Shown: piece by piece, positions 9,333 to 16,764 of the stretch
How positions within the stretch are numbered: the first letter of the stretch is position 1
Layout of the letters: every line of letters starts with the position of its first letter
Origin: an uncultured Fimbriimonadaceae bacterium
GTDB taxonomy: Bacteria > Armatimonadota > UBA10988
Length of the DNA stretch: 64,000 nucleotides
Direction of reading: 5' to 3'
NCBI GenBank assembly: GCA_964405335.1
Contig: CAYONP010000020.1
Span: 2,069 to 66,068, forward strand
Translations under genes and position numbers: made by a program
The notes under the pieces: model-generated
Told to the model about the DNA's origin: nothing
Databases searched by the model: none
Seen by the model: only the letters and a program-made list of their open reading frames with translations

Positions 9333-9407
9333 GCGGGGCGGTAGCGCTGCCCGCCAGGCCCGGAGGTGACGCGTGTAGGGCGATGGGCCGCGCAGCGGCC
9401 CCGACGC

Positions 9408-9629
9408 TCACAGCAGCTCCAGGAACTCCTCCACCGTCATTCCGGCATCGCGGATCAGCGCGCGCAGCGTGCCGATGGACAGCTCCTTGTGCTGAGGGAC
9501 GCAGAGGTTCGCCGTCGCGCCTGGTTTGACCATCACAAGGTGGCTGCCGACCTGACCAAGTCGACGCCAGCCCGCCTTGCGAAACGCCTTGGCGGCGTCG
9601 CGGCCGGAAATGCCGGCAAGCCGGGCCAT
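9408..9629 (-). CDS. hicA: HicA-family toxin (mRNA interferase)
   Basis: 73 aa. LRALIRDAGMTVEEFLELL C-terminus and KAGW..L.Q.GSH core are typical of HicA/YcfA dsRBD-like toxins. Confidence 0.8.
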   Translation of the reverse strand: MARLAGISGRDAAKAFRKAGWRRLGQVGSHLVMVKPGATANLCVPQHKELSIGTLRALIRDAGMTVEEFLELL

Positions 9630-9636
9630 GACCGAG

Positions 9637-9849
9637 CTACAGGCTGACCAGGACCGGCGTCAAGCCGGCGTCTGCCAGACCCTCCACCGCCTTCTGGTCC
9701 TCCGCCCACAGCCAGGCTTGGATCGCCTCCTTGATGTTGACCAGCGCCTCGGCCTCGTCATTGCCCTGCGAGACGCAGCCGGGCAGCGCGGGGCAGCGGG
9801 CCACCACCCAGCCGTCCTCCGCCTCCTCCAGCACCACGTGCCACATCAT
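9637..9849 (-). CDS. hicB: HicB-family antitoxin (UPF0150)
   Basis: 70 aa. VVLEEAEDGWVVARCPALPGCVSQGNDEAEALVNIKEAIQAWL is the HicB N-terminal RNase-H-like fold signature. It lies 8 bp upstream of hicA on the same strand. Confidence 0.75.
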   Translation of the reverse strand: MMWHVVLEEAEDGWVVARCPALPGCVSQGNDEAEALVNIKEAIQAWLWAEDQKAVEGLADAGLTPVLVSL

Positions 9850-9897
9850 CGCCGTCGTCCTGCCGGGCCGAGGGCCCGTTCCATTGTAGCACCCGCC

Positions 9898-11559
9898 CTA
9901 CCCCGCCCGCTCCAGCTCCCGCGCCACCGCCTCGTTCGGCTGGCGGATCTCCTCGGCGCTGCGGATGGTCACGGTCGGAATCGCGCCGAGCTGCTCGTGC
10001 AACCTCATCCGCACGCGCTCCTCATCGCTCTTGCCGCTCAGGCGGCTGTAGCCGAAGGTGCGGCAGAGGTCGCCGTAGAGGAACGCGCCGACCGCCGCGC
10101 GGCCACAGCGCTCCAGGCCGTCGGCGCTGGCCTGCCAACTGCGGAACAGGTGCGCCTGGGCGAAGCTGAGGCCGAGCGTGGTCTCGTTCAGACCCTCGCC
10201 GCCGACAGCCAGCCCGCCGCCGAGGCCGGCGACTTGGTCGATCAGCCGCGCCATCCCCTCGCTGCTGGTCAGCTCCTCGACCAGGCAGTTGTCGAGGTTG
10301 AAACTGCACAGCGTGACGTCGATGAAGACCGTGTCGGTGTCGAGCCGCTCGGCCGCCGCGAGGATTCGCTCGCAGAGAATGCCGCGCCAGCGCGACAGGC
10401 CGGGGTGGACCTTGATCATCACATTCCGCGCGCGGTTGCGGCTGAGACTGAGGTTGCCGTTCGGCACGCCGATGACCTGCCGCGACTCGTGGTCGTACCC
10501 CCAGCCGAGCCGCGTCCGGCCGGTCAGCGAGCGATACTCGAAATCGCGTACCTGGGCATAGACCGGGTGGGTCGGATCCATGTCGACGCTGTTGGCGTGC
10601 GGCATCAGGTGGAAGCCCATCGCCCGCGCCTTGGCGAAGGTCTCTACCGCCTGCGCCGAGGGCACGTAGTCGGGGTAATTCTGGTCGTAGATGTCGGTCC
10701 GCCACTGCGAGTAGTGGATCAGCACGGTGCGCGGGTCGAGCCGCTCGGCCAGCGCGTCGAGGATCTCGGGGTCGCCGTTGTACCACGACAGCGCGAAGCG
10801 GATGTCGCCGTGCCACGGCTTGCGTCGCGCCGCCTCGCGGTCGAGGTGGTAGGCGCTCCGCAGCCACTCGCGGTAGCGCCCGGCGGGCACCTGCCAGTCG
10901 CCGTCGTGGACGTTGATGCGCCAGGTCAGCCCGCCGGCGGCGCGCTGATCGTGCAGCGGGCCGTGCGCCTCGGTGTCGAAGCCGAGTTCACCACCCGCGA
11001 TGTCGAGGCCCTTGTAGCGGTAGCGGTCGTCCCGGCAGTGGACCCAGAACCCGCCCTCGCGGTCCTGCAGGATGACGAACCCGGCCTCCCAGTTGTGCGG
11101 CCACTGCCAGCGCTGCTGCAGCAGGGGATCGTCCAGCGCCAGCCGCGCGCCCTGAAACAACGGCGCGACCAGTTCGAGCCCGGCGCCGATGCCGGGCAGC
11201 CGCCAGCGCACCGCGTGAACGCCCGCGCGGCTCGACTGCGCGGACGGCTCGAGCAGCAGGTCGCCCGTGGCGGGATCCTCGCCGACGGTCAGCACTCCTT
11301 CGGCATCCCAGCCGTCGAAGCGGACCTGCGCGGCGTGGTCATTGAGCCGGTGCAGCGAGATGCTGGCGGCCAGCGGGCCAACCACATCGACCGGCGGCTG
11401 GTTGAGGTAGAGCAGCCGCAGCGCCGACCCCTCGCCGGCGGCGGCGACCAGCTCGGCGCCGGTCGATTTGCTGCGCAACGAGATGAGGAAGCCGCGGCGA
11501 ATGGTGGCCGTCAGGGTAGCGGTATCGACGTGGAGCACGTCGTCGCGAATGGTGATCAT
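9898..11559 (-). CDS. hypothetical protein, possible TIM-barrel glycoside-hydrolase-like
   Basis: Start at the internal ATG (MITIRDD) preceded by GGAGGG. No secure family; GEGLNE is reminiscent of a clan GH-A acid/base motif. The N-terminal 100 Arg-rich residues of the 655-aa track ORF are rejected. Confidence 0.55.
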   Translation of the reverse strand: MITIRDDVLHVDTATLTATIRRGFLISLRSKSTGAELVAAAGEGSALRLLYLNQPPVDVVGPLAASISLHRLNDHAAQVRFDGWDAEGVLTVGEDPATGDLLLEPSAQSSRAGVHAVRWRLPGIGAGLELVAPLFQGARLALDDPLLQQRWQWPHNWEAGFVILQDREGGFWVHCRDDRYRYKGLDIAGGELGFDTEAHGPLHDQRAAGGLTWRINVHDGDWQVPAGRYREWLRSAYHLDREAARRKPWHGDIRFALSWYNGDPEILDALAERLDPRTVLIHYSQWRTDIYDQNYPDYVPSAQAVETFAKARAMGFHLMPHANSVDMDPTHPVYAQVRDFEYRSLTGRTRLGWGYDHESRQVIGVPNGNLSLSRNRARNVMIKVHPGLSRWRGILCERILAAAERLDTDTVFIDVTLCSFNLDNCLVEELTSSEGMARLIDQVAGLGGGLAVGGEGLNETTLGLSFAQAHLFRSWQASADGLERCGRAAVGAFLYGDLCRTFGYSRLSGKSDEERVRMRLHEQLGAIPTVTIRSAEEIRQPNEAVARELERAG

Positions 11560-11969
11560 GGGTTGCCCTCCTGCGCATGCCATAGCTCGGGCGTGACGAA
11601 CTCGAGCAGGTTGCCCGCCGGATCGCGGAAGTAGAGCGAGTAGCGGCCGTCGGACCAGTCGATTTCGTGCTCGACGGGCACGCCGGCGGCGGCGAGCCGT
11701 ACGCGCCAGGCGTCGATCTCCTGCCGCGTGGCGGCAAAGGCGAGGTGGCCCGGCCCGCGCGCGCCGTGGCTGGGCGCCTCGCGGCTCAGTTCGGTGACTT
11801 CGGCGGCGAAGATCAGCAGCATGTCGTCGCCGCAGCGGAAGAAACGATGCCGGCCGGGCTCGCAACCCACCAGCTCGAGGCCGAGCACCTGGTGGTAGAA
11901 CCGCTCGGCGGCGTCGAGGTCGTCGACGTAGAGGCTGCTCTCGATCACCCGCCCGGCGCGGAGCCTCAT
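11556..11969 (-). CDS. VOC / glyoxalase-bleomycin resistance family protein
   Basis: 137 aa. SLYVDDLDAAERFYHQVLGLEL N-terminal beta-alpha-beta-beta-beta module and C-terminal YFRDPAGNLLEF. Its stop overlaps the start of the downstream gene, and its ATG overlaps the upstream gene stop. Confidence 0.75.
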   Translation of the reverse strand: MRLRAGRVIESSLYVDDLDAAERFYHQVLGLELVGCEPGRHRFFRCGDDMLLIFAAEVTELSREAPSHGARGPGHLAFAATRQEIDAWRVRLAAAGVPVEHEIDWSDGRYSLYFRDPAGNLLEFVTPELWHAQEGNP

Positions 11970-13009
11970 GGCCGCTCCGCGATCGAGATACCGCGCTCGA
12001 CGGTCGCCGGCTCGCCGGTCTCGCGGGCGAGTGATAGCGCCGCCGCCGAGACCGGCCCGCTCGAGGGCAGGCGCCAGCCCTGTTGGCGCGCGCGTAGCGA
12101 CTCCTGGATCGCGCGCAGTAGCGCCGCCGCGTTGCGGGCCGTGCCTTCGAACGAGAACTCGTCGTCGTCGCAGACCACTTGCCAGCGCCCGTCGCGCATG
12201 CGGCAATCGAGCAGTTCGGCCCAGCCGAGGTGCCGCCGGCCGCGCCGGTCGCGGACGGTCAGGCCGGTGACGTCGGCCTCGATGCGGCCGGTCGAGCCGA
12301 CGAGCTGCTTCCAGATCACCAGCCCGAGCCCGCCCGAGAAGACGCCGAGGAAGATGCTGGCGTGGGCGAGGATGAACAGCCACATGCCGATCCGGCCGGC
12401 GCCCGACGGTCCGCCACCGCGCAGGAACAGGCTGTAGAAGGTGACCAGCCCACCGGTGATCAGCAGCCAGACGGGGATCAGCGCATAGCCGACCAGCGAG
12501 CCGCGCCGGCCGCCACAGACCAGATAGCCGTCGGGCTCGATGCCCAGCCAGCCGGCGATCTGCTCGGCGGGGAGCAGCTCGCCCGCCGGCTCGTCGGCCT
12601 CCTGGCGCTGGCCGATGACCGCCTCGACGCGGCGCAGCAGCCGCGGCCAGGTGGCGATGCCCTGACCGCCGATCAGCTCGCCGTCGCGGGTGACCACGGC
12701 GGCGCCGTCACGGCCGGGGCGCACGTCGACCATCTGGTCCCACGGCACCCGCCGCGCGGCGCGGAGGTAGTACAGCTCGTGCAGGCCGGCCTCGTCGAGC
12801 ACCACCGCGCGGCGCTGGCTGCGCAGCCAGCGCACACCGCCGATGGTGCAGGCCAGCGCGGCGCCCCAGCCGATGAGGCCGAAGAGCAGCCCGATGGCCA
12901 ACGGCGCCATGAGCAGCGCCGAACCGAAACCGAGGCCCCAGCAGAAGACGAAGGCACAGCCGGGCCAGCCCTGCGGCAGCTTGAACTGCTGGTCATAGAC
13001 CTCGCGCAC
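11966..13009 (-). CDS. integral membrane protein, unknown function
   Basis: 347 aa with several hydrophobic helices (GCAFVFCWGLGFGSALLMAPLAIGLLFGLIGWGAALA; IPVWLLITGGLVTFYSLFL; MWLFILAHASIFLGVFSGGLGLVIW). Same-strand operon with the two downstream genes. Confidence 0.55.
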   Translation of the reverse strand: MREVYDQQFKLPQGWPGCAFVFCWGLGFGSALLMAPLAIGLLFGLIGWGAALACTIGGVRWLRSQRRAVVLDEAGLHELYYLRAARRVPWDQMVDVRPGRDGAAVVTRDGELIGGQGIATWPRLLRRVEAVIGQRQEADEPAGELLPAEQIAGWLGIEPDGYLVCGGRRGSLVGYALIPVWLLITGGLVTFYSLFLRGGGPSGAGRIGMWLFILAHASIFLGVFSGGLGLVIWKQLVGSTGRIEADVTGLTVRDRRGRRHLGWAELLDCRMRDGRWQVVCDDDEFSFEGTARNAAALLRAIQESLRARQQGWRLPSSGPVSAAALSLARETGEPATVERGISIAERP

Positions 13010-13080
13010 CAGCGCCTCCCGGCAGTCATTGTGCCCGGACCAGAGGCGGCGCGCAACGGCCGGCGCCGCCGCGCGGCGGT

Positions 13081-15264
13081 TCAGTTCGGCCCGGAGCAGA
13101 GCAGATACCGCGGCGCGTCGTCGACCACCAGCTCGACGGAGCCGTCGACCACGGCGACCGCCCGCCGGTGGCCGAGGAAGTCCATCACCTCGGCCTCGCC
13201 CTCGGCGGCGAGGCGGACCGGTCGCGGCGCGCCGGTGGTCCAGACCGCCCTCACCGCGCCGCCCTGGCGGTCGAAGCGGTAGGCCCAGACATCGTCGCCA
13301 AGGCCGGCCTCCCGGCCCCGCGGCGTGGCGCCCTCGAGCGCCAGCGAGCAGGCGGCCATGGCGTTGACCAGCGGCTTCGGGCTACACCGCCGGGTGGCCC
13401 AGGGGTTGCCGTCGACGTCTTTGTTGAACAGGAACCCGAAGCAGTCGTGGCGGTCGTAGTCGATGCCGAAGAAGGCGAGGAACGCCCGCACGCCTTCGCC
13501 CTGGCAGATGATGGCCGTGCGGACCAGCCGCTTGGCCTGCTCGCGGTACTCGTGGCCGGCGCCGACCATGCCGCGGTAGCCGGCTTCGGTGATGTAGATG
13601 GGCAGCTCGCGGCCGTGGTTGTACTGCCGCATGAGCGCGCGCAGTCCGGCCAGCTTGCCGGGAAAGTCGTTCTCTTCGGGATGATACGCACTCTCGACGT
13701 AACCATGCGTCTCGATGCCGTCCAGATAGTCCAGCACGCCGGCGCGGAAGACCGTCTCGAACCAGGTCAGGTCGAGCACCGAGGGACACGGCCCGAGGAG
13801 CATGCCGTCGAGATCCTCGGCGGTGATCACCTCGCGGGTGCGGCGGAATAGATCGACCACCTGCGCCGGCGTGAACTCGGGCTGCTGGCTGATGTACGGC
13901 GGCATGTTCAGGTTCAGCTCCCAAGCACCGCCATAGAGCCGTGGCCGCTGGTGCGGGTAGCGCGCCCGCTCGACGCGCACCGCGTCGCGGAGCATGGCGA
14001 GGTAGTCGTCCCAGTCGCCGAACGGCGGCGCCTCGGGCCCGACTCGCTGTGCCCAGGCCGGGATCTCACCGCGCAGATTCGGCCTCATCGGCAGGATGTG
14101 GAACCGGTGCTCCGGCTCGGGCCCGCGCTCCATCGCCGCGGCGGCCCAGGGCGCCACGCCGCCGTCGCGCACCGGCCGCTCGGGCTCGAGCCAACGCCAG
14201 CCGGTGTAGCCGAACCGCCAGGCCAGGCCGCACCGATCGGCCAGGCCGAGGAAGTCGCCGTGCAGTCCGTAGTAGGCGCGCTGGCCGACCTCCCTGAAAC
14301 GAGCCAGGTTCGCCTCGATCGTGGTCGGCAGAACCGCGAAGGTGGCCAGGCCGGTCGGCACCGTGCCCTCGGCCCGGATGCACGAGCGCGCCGACAGGTC
14401 GTCACCGTCGGCGTCGGTCCAGAACGCGGTCACTTCGTAGTAGCCGTGCGTCGCCGGCGTGGCGTCGACCGTCTGCTCGGCGGCCGGCGGCACGTGGCCG
14501 CCGTCGATGGTCGTGCCGCTCCAATCGCTGATCTGGTAGCGGAAGCCGGCAGTGCCGGGCGGCGGTGTGCCTCGGCGGGTGAAAGTCAAACGCACCGGCT
14601 CGCCCGGCTCGAACAGGTGGTGCTCGGGTTGGTTGGTGTTGACCTCGAGCCAGCCGGTCAAACGCTCCTGGCGGTAGGAGCCGATGCGGTCGACATAGAG
14701 CGCACAACCCGGCGTGCTGGTGACCAGACTGATGCCGCGCAGGCCGGCGGCCAGCGCGGCGGTCAGCGGCTCTCCCTCGGCCGAGCGGAACGACTCGAGC
14801 GGCAGCACGAACGGGACCATCCGCCCGGCCGGGAACGAGGCGTCGGCGACGACGGTCGAGAAGGCCCGGCCGTCGGCGAGCTTCAGCACCAACTGGATCC
14901 ACCACTTCGTCTCACGGTGCGAGCCGAGCACGATGGTCAGTCCGTCGCACTCCGGCGGAACGATCCCGGCCGGCAGGTCGCCGCGGCCGACGCTGAACCA
15001 GTTGTGGCCCGGCTCGCGGTCGGTCTGGTCACGGCGGATCGGCTCGCAGCGCAGCAGCGTCTCGGCGACACCGGGCAGCTCGTAGCCGGCGGCGACGGTG
15101 AAGCCGACATTGCTGCCCGCCGCGGCCGTCCAGAGCGCCTGGCGATCGGCGGTGAAGTCTTCGAGCAGCCCGAGCTCCTCGCGTGGCCCGAGCACCACCT
15201 CGGCCGGCTCCGCCCCGGCCACGGCGGCCACCCACACCAACCAGACCAGGTGCCGTGCGCCCAT
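13081..15264 (-). CDS. secreted glycoside-hydrolase-like protein (TIM barrel, ITEAGY nucleophile-type motif)
   Basis: Signal peptide MGARHLVWLVWVAAVAGA. PIYITEAGY resembles the clan GH-A nucleophile region. Start at the internal ATG. Confidence 0.6.
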   Translation of the reverse strand: MGARHLVWLVWVAAVAGAEPAEVVLGPREELGLLEDFTADRQALWTAAAGSNVGFTVAAGYELPGVAETLLRCEPIRRDQTDREPGHNWFSVGRGDLPAGIVPPECDGLTIVLGSHRETKWWIQLVLKLADGRAFSTVVADASFPAGRMVPFVLPLESFRSAEGEPLTAALAAGLRGISLVTSTPGCALYVDRIGSYRQERLTGWLEVNTNQPEHHLFEPGEPVRLTFTRRGTPPPGTAGFRYQISDWSGTTIDGGHVPPAAEQTVDATPATHGYYEVTAFWTDADGDDLSARSCIRAEGTVPTGLATFAVLPTTIEANLARFREVGQRAYYGLHGDFLGLADRCGLAWRFGYTGWRWLEPERPVRDGGVAPWAAAAMERGPEPEHRFHILPMRPNLRGEIPAWAQRVGPEAPPFGDWDDYLAMLRDAVRVERARYPHQRPRLYGGAWELNLNMPPYISQQPEFTPAQVVDLFRRTREVITAEDLDGMLLGPCPSVLDLTWFETVFRAGVLDYLDGIETHGYVESAYHPEENDFPGKLAGLRALMRQYNHGRELPIYITEAGYRGMVGAGHEYREQAKRLVRTAIICQGEGVRAFLAFFGIDYDRHDCFGFLFNKDVDGNPWATRRCSPKPLVNAMAACSLALEGATPRGREAGLGDDVWAYRFDRQGGAVRAVWTTGAPRPVRLAAEGEAEVMDFLGHRRAVAVVDGSVELVVDDAPRYLLCSGPN

Positions 15265-15387
15265 GGTGCGCTCCGCGCCCGCCGGCGACATTCGGCGGCC
15301 GACCGCGCGGCCCTGCGCGGAGGGGCCTCACGCGCGGCGGCGAACTCCGCTCGGCGCCGCGCCGTCTTAGCGGCAGTGGAGCCCACG

Positions 15388-16455
15388 ATGCGCTCGACGG
15401 CCCGACTCGTCCTGGTGCTGACCTTTGCCCTGCCGGCGGCCGCGCAATTCGGGCCGCCTCAGCCGCCGCAGCCGGGCCAGCCGGGCCAGCCGGGTATGGC
15501 GCCGGGCATGATGCCGCCGGGCGGCGGACCGGGTGGACCGGGTCCGGCCAACGGCCACCTGCGGCTGGCCTTGCTCGACGATTTCGCCGGCGAGCCGACT
15601 TCGCGGCTGTTCATCCAGGGCGCCGGCGTGCCCAGCCTGGCGCGGCTGGGCGATGGCACCATCGTCGCCGCCTACCAGTGGTTTCCGATGGGTGAGCCGG
15701 ACAGCTTCGACCGCGTCGCGGTGCAGTTCTCGTACGACGACGGAGTGTCGTGGACGCTGCCCGAGAGCATCGTCGTCGAGGGCTTTCCCGAGGCCTACCA
15801 GCGGCCGTTCGACCCGACCCTGGTCGAACTCGACGACGGCACGCTGCGGCTCTACTTCACCAGCGGCCCGGCGGCGATGCTGGGCCTGCGCGGCGGGCCG
15901 GGGCCCGATACCGCCATCTACCGCGCTGACTCGGAGGATGGCCTCCACTACTCCTTCGATCCCGAGGCGGTGTGGCAGAACCCCGACAACCAGCCGACCT
16001 TCGACCCGGCCGTGGTGCGCGTCGGCGACACCTGGCACCTGATCTGCCCGCGGCAGCCGGCCGGTGCCTATCACGCGACGTCGGTCGACGGACTGCTGTT
16101 CCACCCTGCGGCGGAGATTCCGCCGGCCCGGGGCCAGCAGTGGATCGGCAACCTGGTCGCCGTGGGCGACACCATTAGGTTCTACGGCGGCGGGCCGATG
16201 GGCCTCTGGTACGCCGAGTTCGCCGAGGGCGCCGGCTGGTCCGGGCCGCAGGCAGTCGGCCTGCCCGGCGGCGACCCGGCCGTGCTGCCGCTCGACGACG
16301 GCCGCCTGATGCTCCTGTTTGTCAACCTGGGCATGGGCATGGGGCCGCCGCCCGGTATGCCGGGCATGCCCGGCGGTGGGATGCCGCCCGATCAGCCGCC
16401 GCAGCCCGGCCGGCCGCCGCAGCCGCCGGGCGCGGGGGGCCTCATCCGACGCTGA
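15388..16455 (+). CDS. secreted BNR/sialidase-like beta-propeller protein with Pro/Gly-rich terminal extensions
   Basis: Signal peptide MRSTARLVLVLTFALPAAAQ. BNR motif SYDDGVSW. Pro/Gly/Gln/Met low-complexity stretches at both ends. Only the C-terminal 355 aa of the 834-aa track ORF is taken; the remainder is antisense to the preceding GH gene. Confidence 0.65.
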   Translation: MRSTARLVLVLTFALPAAAQFGPPQPPQPGQPGQPGMAPGMMPPGGGPGGPGPANGHLRLALLDDFAGEPTSRLFIQGAGVPSLARLGDGTIVAAYQWFPMGEPDSFDRVAVQFSYDDGVSWTLPESIVVEGFPEAYQRPFDPTLVELDDGTLRLYFTSGPAAMLGLRGGPGPDTAIYRADSEDGLHYSFDPEAVWQNPDNQPTFDPAVVRVGDTWHLICPRQPAGAYHATSVDGLLFHPAAEIPPARGQQWIGNLVAVGDTIRFYGGGPMGLWYAEFAEGAGWSGPQAVGLPGGDPAVLPLDDGRLMLLFVNLGMGMGPPPGMPGMPGGGMPPDQPPQPGRPPQPPGAGGLIRR

Positions 16456-16719
16456 TCAGGCGAGCACGTCGAGCCTTGGGCCGGCCGCCGGCGCGGTTGC
16501 CGGTGGTGGCTCGCCGACCTCGATGCCGGCCTGGCTTAGCGCCTCGCGGCTCAGGATTGCCGCGTCGCCGCCGGCGGTGATCAGCAGCGTGTGACCGGGC
16601 GGCACCACCGGTGCGCGCGGCGCGCTCGCCGACGGCGCCGGCCGCGGTTCGCGGGCCGGCTGAAGCTCATCGAGCAGTTGGCGCAGTCTGACCTGGTCGG
16701 TGCGCATCGGTGCCCTCAC
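16456..16719 (-). CDS. small hypothetical protein (weak call)
   Basis: 87-aa ORF 45 bp downstream of the rhamnosidase gene on the same strand. No recognisable family. Confidence 0.25.
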   Translation of the reverse strand: MRAPMRTDQVRLRQLLDELQPAREPRPAPSASAPRAPVVPPGHTLLITAGGDAAILSREALSQAGIEVGEPPPATAPAAGPRLDVLA

Positions 16720-16764
16720 CGCCAGTCTACCGGCCCGCCGGCGCGGGCGCCTGACCCAATCGGG

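Noticed and set aside
9335-9358. GGCGGG...CCCGCC hairpin between PhyH-like gene and hicA as a bidirectional terminator
   Set aside because: Only a 6-bp stem with a 12-nt loop and no U-tract on either strand. Too weak to call.
13951-16455. 834-aa plus-strand ORF spanning the antisense of the GH gene
   Set aside because: Only the last 355 aa (from the ATG at 15388, with signal peptide and BNR motif) look like a real protein. The first ~480 aa are Arg/Gly-rich antisense to the 13081-15264 hydrolase.
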